Source: Tubiluchus corallicola
Taxonomy: Eukaryota; Animalia; Priapulida
DNA: 64,000 bases
NCBI GenBank assembly: GCA_030141605.1
Contig: JAQGDQ010001061.1
Span: 1-64,000, forward strand
Direction: 5' to 3'
Both the position numbers and the translations under genes were made by a program. The stretch's first letter is position 1. Each line of letters starts with the position of its first letter. The notes beneath the pieces are model-generated. The model did not search any database. It saw only the letters and a list, made by a program, of their open reading frames with translations, and was not told where the DNA came from. Positions 26,560-40,560 of the stretch are shown piece after piece.

Positions 26560-27125
26560 GTAGCACTGCACTGCATTGCATTCAATTGTATTGTATTACA
26601 TTGTGTAGTAGTGTACTGTAATGTATTCTATTGCATTGTATTTTATTGTATTATATTGTGTTGTACTATATTGTATGGTATTATATGGTGTTGAAGTGTA
26701 TTGTATTCTATTGCATTGTATTTTATTGTATTATATTGTGTTGTACTATATTGTATGGTATTATATGGTGTTGAAGTGTATTGTATTCTATTGCATTGTA
26801 TTTTATTGTATTATATTGTGTTGTACTATATTGTATGGTATTATATGGTGTTGAAGTGTATTGTATTCTATTGCATTATATTGTATTGTATTATATTGTG
26901 TTGTATTATATTGCAGTCTGTTGCATTGCATTGTATTGTATTACATTGTGCTGTAACACATTGTATTCCATTGCATTGTATTGCATTACATTGTGTTGTA
27001 ATGTATTGTGTTCTATTGCATTATATTGTATTACATTGTGTTGTAGTGTATTATATTCTATTGCATTGCATTGTATTGTATTGTACTGTGCTGCACTGCA
27101 CTGTATTGTTTTGTACTGTATTGAG
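26560..27125. repeat. (TATTG)-derived repeat with 80-bp higher-order units
   Basis: Near-exact 80-bp period over 26621-26875. Confidence 0.9.
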
Positions 27126-27944
27126 CAACACTAAAATTCACAGTAAACAAATAACAGGCAACTTTACTTTTATAAAACACAAGTTTTTGCTTAGTTATGA
27201 ACTTAAAAATTTAAAACACTTTAATATTCTCAGTTTTTCCAGACAAATAAGAGTTCTGTCAGTCTGAGAAATAAAAAGCAACTTAAAATTACTGGATGCT
27301 ACACTATTTTGTATGAATTCTAAAAACACATAAAACTGATACGTTACAGAGATGAACGGAAGCAATCAAAAATTACAATTAAATAAAGTGATTACTTTGT
27401 GACTAAACAATATTTATGTTCAACGATCAAGATGACACGTACCTTGGATATTATTCAAAACCTTATGATAGTTGAGATTTTTACATAATTTTCTAGTAAC
27501 TTTTTTCATAAAATTTATTTAAAACTAACGTAATCCTTGGGAAATCTAATAAACTTTATTGAAGCGTATAAAACAAAACTTTAATATTATAGACGAAATC
27601 TTGGTTGTCATAAATAAAAAAATGTTTCTTTTTGCTAATAAGCAAAATATTTTGAGCTTACAGAGACCTCAACAACCTCAATTAAAAAACATCGAACAAG
27701 CAGAATTTTGAAAGCCGTTTTCAAGACAAGTAAACATAGCAGTAATCCAGCAAAAAAAGTAGACACTGGTATGCCAATGGCTTGTCAGCACCACTTCCGC
27801 TATAAGCACTACTTTTGTTATAACCATTGAAGATTCGTTGTGTATGTACTAGGTGCTGCTACGTACTAAAACATTCCTGTCCACTATCACTGTCCACCAT
27901 GCATCAGCCCTCAAATCTAGTTGTATTTGCTAAAATGTTTTTCA

Positions 27945-28620
27945 GTATATCAGTAGCTGACCCCCTCTCGTATATCAGTAACTCACCCCCTCTAGTATAT
28001 CAGTAGCTGACCCCCTCTCGTATATCAGTAACTCACCCCCTCTAGTATATCAGTAGCTGACCCCCTCTAGTATATCAGTAGCTGACCCCCTCTCGTATAT
28101 CAGTAGCTGACCCCCTCTCGTATATCAGTAGCTGACCCCCTCTCGTATATCAGTAGCTGACCCCCTCTCGTATATCAGTAGCTGACCCCCTCTCGTATAT
28201 CAGTAGCTGACCCCCTCTAGTATATCAGTAGCTGACCCCCTCTCGTATATCAGTAGCTGACCCCCTCTCGTATATCAGTAGCTGACCCCCTCTAGTATAT
28301 CAGTAGCTGACCCCCTCTAGTATATCAGTAGCTGACCCCCTCTAGTATATCAGTAGCTGACCCCCTCTCGTATATCAGTAGCTGACCCCCTCTCGTATAT
28401 CAGTAGCTGACCCCCTCTAGTATATCAGTAGCTGACCCCCTCTCGTATATCAGTAGCTGACCCCCTCTCGTATATCAGTAGCTGACCCCCTCTCGTATAT
28501 CAGTAGCTGACCCCCTCTCGTATATCAGTAGCTGACCCCCTCTCGTATATCAGTAGCTGACCCCTCTCGTATATCAGTAGTTGACCCCCTCTCGTATATC
28601 AGTAGCTGACCCCCTCTCGT
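27945..28620. repeat. 25-bp minisatellite
   Basis: tatatcagtagctgaccccctctcg. Confidence 0.95.
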
Positions 28621-29065
28621 CTTTTTTGTCGTTTTAAGAGTTTTGGGTAATGCAGTAGGAAGAGGAGACTCTTGAGGTAATCTTAGTGCATGCCCATTCC
28701 AATGCAATCTTCTTACTTGTATTTGTTTACTTCAAGGATTCTTCTTCATCACGTCATACAGATCATCATCATCATCATCATCATCATCATGGGAAGAGGA
28801 GACTCTTGAGGTAATCTTAGTGCATGCCCATTCCAATGCAATCTTCTTGCTTGTATTTGTAACTCCAAGGATTCTTCTTCATCACGTCATACAGATCATC
28901 ATCATCATCATCATCATCAGTGGACATTCTGTCAATCCATTTAATTCCTAGTAATTTCTTTGAAAGGCGTCAATTTCCTTCTGCTATTGAACTTTTATTT
29001 TCCATAGCTCAGCATGGTACAAAAACACAGGTTCAACTATAGTTGAAAGGATTTGGACTTTGGTT
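28600..29065 (-). mobile_element. Rearranged RTE-like LINE fragment
   Basis: Encodes WNGHALRLPQESP..., related to the ORF at 40544-41056; duplicated segment with (CAT)n. Confidence 0.6.
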
Positions 29066-29957
29066 TCACCGAGGGTTGCTTCCTCGGTAAAACCTTAGCA
29101 ATATGCAACACTCTTCGAAATGCGAAATCACTGAATAAGCTTAACTAAATCTAGAAAAATGCCCCGGCTATCTGTTTATTAGCAAACAAAAGCATAATTC
29201 TCTTTATTATAACATTAATAAATCAATTTATAATCAGACGTTTGTTTTATTAATATTTTTGATGCCAAAGCTATTAAAATTTTCACTGAAATTAAGTTAT
29301 CCACTAATAAGCCTTCAAGGCTTTCTGACAATGCGGGTGCCTGAGTTAAAAATGTCTTAATTCTTTCTAATGAGCTTAAACAGCATCCTTTAATTAGGTG
29401 ATCTAGATTTTCAACACACGTGATAATTAGAAGTGATTTCAACAATCTATTAATACAATGAGATTGTTATGTAAGAACAAATCACGTACTTATTACATTT
29501 TGCTAACTAATTGTATCTAAATGTAGAAACTGTTGTTTTCAATGCCATAGTGTTTTGATGAACTAGTTTTGTGAAGGATTTACGAACTGTGAAATGAGAT
29601 TAAATTTTCCTATGCCGTTACGTAATCACATAATTATACTTCAAGTATCATAAACCTTGTTAATGACAGCATGACGGTTAAAGTCAATTGTTTCATAACA
29701 GCTAAACATTACCAAGGTATGATTTAAACATCACTTTTTTGAATCAGTATTACAGAACTGCTAATCTGTGCAAACTCTCAGTAAATGGCCAGCAGTTTAA
29801 TTCAAAGATTAAAACTGTATATCATACTCAGATGAATTTAGTTTAAAAAAATCAATCAATCAACCAATTACAGCAATGAACCATTACAATCCACCACAAC
29901 ACTTTAAAAAAGGAGGTCAGGAGGTTTGAAAATCCAATTTTAAAGTGGCTCCACATT

Positions 29958-31175
29958 TGGGATAAAGGATCCCTGCTTGAGGCCTTTTCTTTGAGATAAA
30001 GGACCCTTGTTTGAGGCCTTTTCTTTGAGATAAAGGATCCCTGTTTGAGGCCTTTCTTTGAGATAAAGGATCCCTGCTTGAGGCCTTTTCTTTGAGATAA
30101 AGGATCCCTGCTTGAGGTCTTTTCTTTGAGATAAAGGAACCTTGTTTGAGGCCTTTTCTTTGAGATAAAGGAACCTTGCTTGAGGTCTTTTCTTTGAGAT
30201 AAAGGATCCCTGCTTGAGGCCTTTTCTTTGAGATAAAGGAACCTTGTTTGAGGCCTTTTCTTTGAGATAAAGGAACCTTGTTTGAGGCCTTTTCTTTGAG
30301 ATAAAGGATCCCTGCTTGAGGCCTTCTCTTTGAGGTAAAGGAACCTTGTTTGAGGCTTTTTCTTTGAGATAAAGGAACCTTGTTTGAGGCCTTTTCTTTG
30401 AGATAAAGGATCCCTGCTTGAGGCCTTTTCTTTGAGATAAAGGATCCCTGCTTGAGGTCTTTTCTTTGAGATAAAGGAACCTTGTTTGAGGCCTTTTCTT
30501 TGAGGTAAAGGAACCCTGCTTGAGGTCTTTTCTTTGAGATAAAGGAACCTTGTTTGAGGCCTTTTCTTTGAGATAAAGGAACCTTGCTTGAGGTCTTTTC
30601 TTTGAGATAAAGGAACCTTGTTTGAGGCCTTTTCTTTGAGATAAAGGATCCCTGCTTGAGGCCTTTTCTTTGAGATAAAGGAACCTTGTTTGAGGCCTTT
30701 TCTTTGAGATAAAGGAACCTTGTTTGAGGCCTTTTCTTTGAGATAAAGGATCCCTGCTTGAGGCCTTTTCTTTGAGATAAAGGAACCTTGTTTGAGGCCT
30801 TTTCTTTGAGATAAAGGAACCTTGTTTGAGGCCTTTTCTTTGAGATAAAGGATCCCTGCTTGAGGCCTTCTCTTTGAGGTAAAGGAACCTTGTTTGAGGC
30901 TTTTTCTTTGAGATAAAGGAACCTTGTTTGAGGCCTTTTCTTTGAGATAAAGGATCCCTGCTTGAGGCCTTTTCTTTGAGATAAAGGAACCTTGTTTGAG
31001 GCTTTTTCTTTGAGATAAAGGAACCTTGTTTGAGGCCTTTTCTTTGAGATAAAGGATCCCTGTTTGAGGCCTTTTCTTTGAGATAAAGGATCCTTGTTTG
31101 AGGCCTTTTCTTTGAGATAAAGGATCCTTGTTTGAGGCCTTTTCTTTGAGATAAAGGATCCTTGTTTGAGGCCTT
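29958..31175. repeat. 34-bp minisatellite
   Basis: tttgagataaaggatccctgcttgaggccttttc; about 36 units. Confidence 0.96.
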
Positions 31176-32134
31176 TATTTGAAATATTTGTCCCGAGCTA
31201 AAAATATTCAAAATGAGTGTGAGCAAATTAGAAGGTGGTTTCGTCTGAGGGGCCCCATAATTTCGTTAGCCTAGCGGCTATAAAAGGTCACAATCCCACC
31301 CTGATTACATGCATTTTACCATTTGCTAGAAGGGCACTAGCGCCTGCACTTCGGAAATGCCTGGCACAAAAAATGGGTACAGTACCTCTCATTTCAGAGC
31401 TGTTCAGTTGTGACGTATGGCACACGTTCGAGAGCACATGCGTGAACTTGACTCACAGTGGTAAACTTGAATTTGAGTTTTTGTCTATCACGCTGAATGT
31501 TGTATATTCATGTGGAGTTAGGGAGTAGCAATTATTCACATTGTTTTTCTAAATTACTGAAAACTCGTCACAGTAAATGTTCTGATTTGTAGTTGCAAAT
31601 CCGGCGGCCACGATTCACCGATTCACAACAAATCGACAATAAATTGTTATCTCACACGTGAAATACAAATTACGGTAATTCTACTAATTTTCGCAACCAA
31701 AATTACTCCTAAAACTAACTTCTCCCTTTTGACCTTTTGTACTCTTTAAATTCACTTAAAATTCAACTACCCATAATTTAATCCATAATTTAATGCAGAA
31801 AGCACAACTAATTAGCACAAAATAGGCAGTCGATTCAGCACGGCAAAGTTCAATTATGCAGGAGGTAATGTCTGTTACTGAAGTCATGTCATTACGCACT
31901 AATAATGGGTTTTAATCAAAGCACTTGTCTCAGTACGATGAATTTGTACAATTGGCGTGGCCAAAGGGTTAATGTCACGAATGAGTTAAGCTTTTTTGTC
32001 GTTGATGGTAGATTTATGTGCCATTTAAACCATTTAAAATATTAAAAGCATTACGATTAATCATTATTATTATTATAAATTCACAAAACTCTTGAATAGG
32101 CAGTTCCAGGTAACGAAAAAAATGTATGCAGAAA

Positions 32135-32534
32135 TGAGGTGAGCATTCTCTACCGGAAAGCGAATTCGAATCGAACCGAATTTGTGACTTTCGAATTCGA
32201 ATCGAACCGAACTTCAGTGTTTCGAATTTGAACCGAATTCGAATTGAGATTGAATGATTTTCGAACAAGTTTTCGAACCACCAGTAAAATTAGTCTTACA
32301 AAGATCATGTCACTAGATTTTGTTCTGCAATAAAACGTCTAGTAATTTGTTTAAAATTGTGCACAGAAATCACTGCTAAATCACGCTAATTGCATGATGT
32401 TTCAATCGTTTTAGTGATAAAGAACATATGTGATTGAAGTGCTGAATTATTCGAATCTATAGTTTTGGATTCGAATCGAGTTCGAACTAAAAAAACTCTT
32501 TCGAATCAAATTCGAGCGTTCGATGCTCACCCCT
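32135..32534. mobile_element. hAT-like MITE with TTCGAA subterminal repeats
   Basis: gaggtgagcat...atgctcacccc ends; partial second copy at 63541-63720. Confidence 0.7.
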
Positions 32535-32751
32535 ACCAGAAACACATGCTTCCATTGCTTGCTCCAAGGAGGTTCTAAAACTATTTCCTTTGTAACGGGT
32601 CCTTTATAAACTCAATCATTCGTGTTATTTTATTCTCCATGGATGTCTTAGACAATAACCTGTATTATAATGCTAGTTAATTTACCTTAATTAGAAAAAT
32701 AGACCCATGGCCTCATATGGAATCAGTACAGGTAAAAATTTATTCCGACTC

Positions 32752-35110
32752 ACCTGTCATTACGCGGCAGGTAACATTGTTATAGTAAATTTATACACCA
32801 GGTGGTGTTGTTGACAATGCTATACCTGTCATTACACGGCAGGTAACATTGTTACAGTAAATTTATACACCAGGCGGCGTTGCTGACAATGCTATACCTG
32901 TCATTACGCGGCAGGTAACATTGTTATAGTAAATTTATACACCAGGCGGCGTTGCTGACAATGCTATACCTGTCATTACACGGCAGGTAACATTGTTACA
33001 GTAAATTTATACATCAGGCGGCGTTGCTGACAATGCTATACCTGTCATTACGCGGCAGGTAACATTGTTACAGTAAATTTATACACCAGGCGGCGTTGCT
33101 GACAATGCTATACCTGTCATTACACGGCAGGTAACATTGTTACAGTAAATTTATACATCAGGCGGCGTTGCTGACAATGCTATACCTGTCATTACACGGC
33201 AGGTAACATTGTTACAGTAAATTTATACACCAGGCGGCGTTGCTGACAATGCTATACCTGTCATTACACGGCAGGTAACATTGTTACAGTAAATTTATAC
33301 ATCAGGCGGCGTTGCTGACAATGCTATACCTGTCATTACGCGGCAGGTAACATTGTTACAGTAAATTTATACACCAGGCGGCGTTGCTGACAATGCTATA
33401 CCTGTCATTACACGGCAGGTAACATTGTTACAGTAAATTTATACACCAGGCGGCGTTGCTGACAATGCTATACCTGTCATTACACGGCAGGTAACATTGT
33501 TACAGTAAATTTATACACCAGGGTTGCTGACAATGCTATACCTGTCATTACACGGCAGGTAACATTGTTATAGTAAATTTATACACCAGGCGGCGTTGCT
33601 GACAATGCTATACCTGTCATTACACTGCAGGTAACATTGTTACAGTAAATTTATACACCAGGCGGCGTTGCTGACAATGCTATACCTGTCATTACACGGC
33701 AGGTAACATTGTTATAGTAAATTTATACACCAGGCGGCGTTGCTGACAATGCTATACCTGTCATTACACGGCAGGTAACATTGTTACAGTAAATTTATAC
33801 ATGCTGACAATGCTATACCTGTCATTACACGCAGGTAACATTGTTCTAGTAAATTTATACACCAGGCGGCGTTGCTGACAATGCTATACCTGTCATTACG
33901 CGGCAGGTAACATTGTTACAGTAAATTTATACACCAGGCGGCGTTGCTGACAATGCTATACCTGCATTACACGGCAGGTAACATTGTTACAGTAAATTTA
34001 TACACCAGGCGGCGTTGCTGACAATGCTATACCTGTCATTACACGGCAGGTAACATTGTTATAGTAAATTTATACACCAGGTGGTGTTGCTGACAATGCT
34101 ATACCTGTCATTACACGGCAGGTAACATTGTTACAGTAAATTTATACACCAGGCGGCGTTGCTGACAATGCTATACCTGTCATTACACGGCAGGTAACAT
34201 TGTTACAGTAAATTTATACATCAGGCGGCGTTGCTGACAATGCTATACCTGTCATTACACGGCAGGTAACATTGTTACAGTAAATTTATACACCAGGCGG
34301 TGTTACTGACAATGCTATACCTGTCATTACACGGCAGGTAACATTGTTATAGTAAATTTATACACCAGGCGGCGTTGCTGACAATGCTATACCTGTCATT
34401 ACACGGCAGGTAACATTGTTACAGTAAATTTATACACCAGGCGGCGTTGCTGACAATGCTATACCTGTCATTACACGGCAGGTAACATTGTTACAGTCAA
34501 TTTATACATCAGGCGGCGTTGCTGACAATGCTATACCTGTCATTACACGGCAGGTAACATTGTTCTAGTAAATTTATACATCAGGTGGCGTTGCTGACAA
34601 TGCTATACCTGTCATTACACGGCAGGTAACATTGTTACAGTAAATTTATACATCAGGCGGCGTTGCTGACAATGCTATACCTGTCATTACACGGCAGGTA
34701 ACATTGTTCTAGTAAATTTATACACCAGGCGGTGTTACTGACAATGCTATACCTGTCATTACACGGCAGGTAACATTGTTACAGTAAATTTATACACCAG
34801 GCGGTGTTACTGACAATGCTATACCTGTCATTACACGGCAGGTAACATTGTTACAGTAAATTTATACACCAGGTGGTGTTGCTGACAATGCTATACCTGT
34901 CATTACACGGCAGGTAACATTGTTACAGTAAATTTATACACCAGGCGGCGTTGCTGACAATGCTATACCTGTCATTACACGGCAGGTAACATTGTTACAG
35001 TAAATTTATACATCAGGCGGCGTTGCTGACAATGCTATACCTGTCATTACACGGCAGGTAACATTGTTACAGTAAATTTATACACCAGGCGGTGTTACTG
35101 ACAATGCTAT
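32752..35110. repeat. 72-bp minisatellite (about 33 units)
   Basis: acctgtcattacacggcaggtaacattgttacagtaaatttatacaccaggcggcgttgctgacaatgctat. Confidence 0.97.
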
Positions 35111-35811
35111 TACTCATAGCAATGAGGTTTATTGTAAGCTGCATTGCATTAACATGTCCACACAGGTATATCAGCCTACAAAGTGCTACGTATGTGATTT
35201 TTAATGTACGTAGTTTAACACTTTGATTCACATTTATAAATCCCATTAGCTATTGGGTGCCATTATCATTGTCCTTTACCATTGCTTATCCTCTGCCTTT
35301 GTCCATTACCATCTCTTTTTTCCTCCCCCTTTTTCATATTCGGCCCTTTTGTTTTTTGTTTTTTCTTACGAGGTGGCCTTACACAAATGCGGAGGTATCC
35401 TCTCCTCAGTTTAATCTGTTATTAATTATTATTAGTTACTTTGTTGTACTTTCATTTTTTCTCACACTTTCCCTGCAATATGTGACTGTCACCCAATTGA
35501 AATTGACATTGCATGCAATTTTCTGACCTTGACCTTTGACCTTTTGAACCAAAAAGCTGCGAGTTTCCAGGTCTTCCACAGATGTATTCCTGTGCCAAGT
35601 TTGATTTGCCTTTATTTCTGCTTTTTTTATCTCTACAGTATGTAACATTTTTTCAATGACTTGTATTTTTACTTCATCTTTTTAACACATCAAAACTTTT
35701 GTTTTATTTGCTTATTTTAAGTTTTTCTGCGATGGTAATCTCAGCTTTCTTTTTTTTGTTTTCTGCTTATTTTCTTTACGTTTTAAGTCACAAAGTTTGT
35801 ACGATTTTTCT

Positions 35812-36058
35812 TTACCTTACCTTACCTTACCTTACCTTACCTTACCTTACCTTACCTTACCTAACCCTACCTTACCTTACCTTACCTTACCTAACCCTGC
35901 CTTACCTTACCTTACCTTACCTTATTTTATCTCATCTCATCTTATCTCATCCCATCTCATCTCATCTCATCTTACCTAACCCTACCTTACCTTAACTTAC
36001 CTTACCTTACCTTACCTTACCTAACCTTATCTTTCTTATCTCATCTCATCTCATCTTA
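35812..36058. repeat. (CCTTA)n / (CATCT)n microsatellite
   Basis: Directly visible. Confidence 0.95.
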
Positions 36059-36214
36059 TATGGACAGATACACGGATGCGACTACTCAAACACCATATAT
36101 GGTAAACATAGGTGGCAGCAGTGATAATGTGCCCTCCTCCTGGTCTACACCAACAAGAATCCTCCAATGATAATGACAATCCAGCCAGGTGACATTAAAA
36201 AATACCTAAATTAC

Positions 36215-36390
36215 CTCCATAACGAACCAGAGTTGATCCTCATCTTCTCGCCGTCCTCGCTTCAGATAAATCCCGTAAAACTTTGGGATGTTCGGGTGAT
36301 CGGAAAGCTCCTGAAAAACCCGGAATTCTTCTTCCACCTCCTCGACCACCTCGGGGACGTTTTCCAGCACTTTCACGGCGACAATGTCTC
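36215..36390 (-). CDS. MYO3: Myosin III exon 2 (kinase VAVK, helix C)
   Basis: (G)DIVAVKVLENVPEVVEEVEEEFRVFQELSDHPNIPKFYGIYLKRGRREDEDQLWFVME. AG/GT boundaries, 176 nt, phase 1 to 0. Confidence 0.93.
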
Positions 36391-36425
36391 CTGAAACAAA
36401 AAATTTCAAATGACTGTCTAGCTAA

Positions 36426-36816
36426 TACTGAGGTTGGTTAATCTTTACAATCCTAGATAAATAATGTTGCACCAATGTGTAGTGTTATGGCAATCCCTCT
36501 GGACACTGAGGCTGGTTAATCTTTACAGTCCCAGATAAATAACGTTGCACCAATGGGTAGTGTTATGGCAATCCCTCTGGACACTGAGGCTGGTTAATCT
36601 TTACAATCCCAGATAAATAATGTTGCATCAATGGGTAGTGTTATGGCAATCCCTCTGGACACTGAGGCTGGTTAATCTTTACAATCCCAGATAAATAATG
36701 TTGCATCAATGGGTAGTGTTATGGCTATTCCTCTGGACACCGAGGCTGGTTAATCTTTACAGTCCTAGATAAATAATGTTGCATCAATGGGTAGTGTTAT
36801 AGCTATCCCTCCGGAC
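36426..36816. repeat. 78-bp minisatellite (5 units)
   Basis: actgaggctggttaatctttacaatcccagataaat... Confidence 0.93.
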
Positions 36817-37194
36817 ATTAAGATCCCGTCATAAGCGAGTCAGCTGCAATCTGGAGTTTGGGAACTAATGTTAACGTCGGTACATACAAAAAATTGGGCA
36901 TTTAGTCCAGTATGTCAATGACTGTGAAAAGAAAGTCAACTGCGGCAGTTAAGCAGAATTTTGCCCCCTCGTGTGTCTATTGGAACTTTGGTTAATGACC
37001 CACCTGTGTGTTGTCTCGCAGGATCACACCTGTCACCTGAGCAATTACCTTTATTTACTCCATCGCTAAACACTACAATCCAGACCTTGTCAAATAATTC
37101 TACTCAAATATTTTCCCAAAAACCTGACAATCCAAGAAGCGAACCTTGCTTAGTGCAGTGTTATCAAATTTAATTGCATTGTTGTAGATATTAA

Positions 37195-37649
37195 CCCCTT
37201 CAGTCCCAAATTATTTTTTAATAAGAAAACATTTTTTGGCTTGGTACTTTTGTTCAGTATGTCCAGCTTGTTTACACATAATTATTTTTTTCTACCTGTG
37301 CCCGCGTGCTAAATATAGCCTGTATCCCACGGGGTATATTAGGATTCAATGGAAGCATAAAATGTGCTTCATTTTGCAACTGCTGATAATTTTTTAAAGT
37401 ATTTAAGACATTTAGTATGCATGCTATGCTGATCTGTACAAAGTCGTCTCTAAAGTATTGTACCTTGCACAGTTTTTTATGCTGTGTAGATTTTCTAGTT
37501 TGCCATTTTATCACCATTTTTAGTCTATTGTTATTGGCTCAAATCAAAATAACTATTAACAGATCAAATAACTGTCATTTTTAAAATTTTATTAATTTTA
37601 AAGGCAGAAAATATTCTCGTATCCCATGGGATACAACGGTATGAAAGGG
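37195..37649. mobile_element. piggyBac-like MITE
   Basis: ttaa-CCCCTTCAGTCC ... GGTATGAAAGGG-ttaa; internal gtatccca(c/t)ggg(g/a)ta palindromes. Confidence 0.65.
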
Positions 37650-39954
37650 TTAATCATTTTATAAAGTTAACTACACTAGGCAAAACAATGTTTAAATCCC
37701 TGTGCACGGATTATAAGCAAATCAAATACAATAAATAGACTAGAATTGAATGCACGTTTGTTTAAACTGTATTATTTAATAATCTTGTCGGCAATTACAA
37801 ACCAAAACATTAGTTAATAATTATTAATACACAGAATATGAAGAAGATTTGATAAACGCTCTCCTAGATTTGTTGATTCACTTTTAAAAAAAGTTTCAGT
37901 ATAAAAGAAACAATGTAAATAAAACAAACTGAACAAAATTATACCGATGCCTGGAACCATTTAGTTCAGAACACGTGGCATCCAGGTTTTGGAAAAGAAT
38001 ATTTTGGCCAGAAAACTTATCTAGAAAATGCGTTTTAGGTTTCATTTCAAGTGCAAAACCATGTTGCTGATAAAAACTGATTCTTACCTGTATGATCCAT
38101 GACACAGGTGCAAAGTTTTGCCTAACTGTTCACACAATACCTTCACTAAACTTCCAAATAAGTACATTACAGGTAAGATCAGGTAAGTCATCATGCCTCT
38201 GTAGTAGTCCATAGAGCATTACTAATTCACATGTTTAACCCTTTTATTTGTTAAATAGAAACAATTACAATATGCATTTCCTGACAACAACATATGGTAA
38301 GCAGGATGAAGATGTTAATAATTAGGGATGTAGAAATGTTAATGACGGATCAGAGGGTGTGGTAATCACATAGGAAAAGGTAAATTCATATTAACGGCTC
38401 TAGTGAATTTAAATGTATTAGAGTTACACGGCTGACAGTTCTAGCAAACCGTATATCCAGCTGTGTCATTCTGCTACGTTTAATCACAACAATGTCTTTT
38501 ACATCACAATAAAATGATAGGACACATTAAGTGCAAAACTGACAGTGTGTTCTTTTTTCACGGGTTGCTTTTCTTTGGAATTGGGTGGTGATAAGTTAAC
38601 AAAAGCATGTACTAATGGTACTATTTTAATGTATACTTTATCAATTCAGGAACTAAAAATATACGAGATAATTTTACAAGATATAATAACGTCTTGGAAA
38701 TATTAGTTATGTAATTTGAATTTATCTATTCCGGAATTCATGAACACGAATGAAAGCTTATCAAAATGTGTAGGAAGGAAGGAAGGAAGGGATATTTCCT
38801 TCATTATTTCGTTAAAAGGTTATCAGAAAATCTTTGACACTAAAAGAAAAACTGTATGATTTTATCTTTCACGGAATTAAAAATTAGCAGGAAATAAACT
38901 GGGAAAAATGAAATTTACAAAGCGCAGAAAGATAACAGAAACAAAGCACGGATCTATGGTTTTGTATCTATGGTTTGCTTACAAATGGAAAATGTTGGTT
39001 TTCACTTAAATCTCTTGTCACAAAAGAGAGAGAATTTACTGTAATTTTCCGAAAGTGTGAATTCTGACACAAACCGGTACATTAAATGCACCAATTTCCT
39101 GTGCAATGCAGTTGAAGTGTGATAGTGCAATGTAACTTGTTGTGCTATTAGGGTCACTGGCTTGTTTCGGGTGGCCTGGTCAGTTGGGACACTTAGTATT
39201 CATACAAAAGAAACTTTTGTTCTTTACAAGGCGAGGCTATAAATGCTCCCACCGCTTTTTTGTAAAAACAAGTTTAAAAAAATGCACAAAATAGGGCCTA
39301 GACGAAAAAAAAGCTCATCACATATTTTCACAATTATGCTACTTTGCTTATAGCACTAAGCCTCTTGAGCCAGTCAAGTTTACACGTCAACTGTCAAAAT
39401 CCATAGCATTTTTGCTGAAAGTAAACAAAGTTGATAGGCAAACAACACTATATTTGTTTAGTAGTTTAATTGATGACTGTTAGGGAAAGGACAAAATTAA
39501 AGCACAGATGCACATTCACATATTGTACACAAGAGACACAGAGGCAAACAACACTATACTTGTTTAGTAGTTTAATTGATGACTGTTAGGAAAAGGACAA
39601 AATTAAAGCACAGATGCACATTCACACATTGTACACAAGAGACACAGACACTCGCAGTCACAAAAGGAAAATATTTTTTCCCCAAAATCTCGAAATTATG
39701 CAGAAATAATGAAACTATATGATACTCAAATCAACATTATTTCAAAATTTAGCTATCTGTTGATATCACTTAATCTTACAGTTGTTTACAAATAAGTCTT
39801 ATAAATGTAGTTCTTCATCTTAACTGAGTGCTACATCTGTGATAGTTTTTATATTTTAACTGTCTGACATGATTTTGTTGCAATCATTTCATTCATTGTA
39901 AGATTACGTTTTAATCTGTGTCACCATTTAGACACATCGTTACCGATATTGTTT

Positions 39955-39956
<2 letters not shown>

Positions 39957-39985
<29 letters not shown>

Positions 39986-40327
39986 ATGAATCATACGTCC
40001 AGGGACATGATTCTGCTCACCTCCCTATGCCAGAACTCCCTGCTTGCCGCAATGCCCCAAGTGCATTTATTTCTAAGGATCAATGCTGAAGTGTTTAAAT
40101 CTTTCTGTGCAAAATCTAAATATGTTAACATTTGTCCTCCTGCAGGATTTTTAGCTGGTTCTATGGCTTGTTGAAGAGCTATCTTCACAGGAACGTCATC
40201 AGGTAGTCTAAACATATGCCCAATCCATCTTAAACGGCGTCTTTTTATTTTTCCTGTCCAAGGTTCTTCTTTTATTTTTTTCATATGTAGATCTTTGCTT
40301 GAAATTTTCTTTGGCCATCTAATACCC
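39957..40327 (-). mobile_element. 5'-truncated RTE-like LINE
   Basis: Encodes RRRLRWIGHMFRLPDD...; (TGA)n tail; TSD atattgttttt. Confidence 0.85.
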
Positions 40328-40560
40328 ATATTGTTTTTAATGTGGACAAACTCTTTACAACGTTGTACGCGATGCGTTAATATGCTTTATCAGAGTTAGT
40401 AAATAAACTCAATTGAATTCGAAGCCTTACGTTCTGAATCAATTGGTTCCAGCACATACAGTCTCGTAAATGTTTAAACAAGTTTCTATATAAAGAAGAA
40501 TTGTAAAAGAAACAAACTCGGTAAAATATTTTGATTATTATCGATGTCTACAAAACTCAC

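Noticed and set aside
29940-31226. 428-aa basic ORF
   Set aside because: A stop-free 34-bp repeat cycling through reading frames; no domain or splice support.
32752-35110. CRISPR-like arrays (also 20690-22590)
   Set aside because: No unique spacers, no cas genes, and a eukaryotic intron context.
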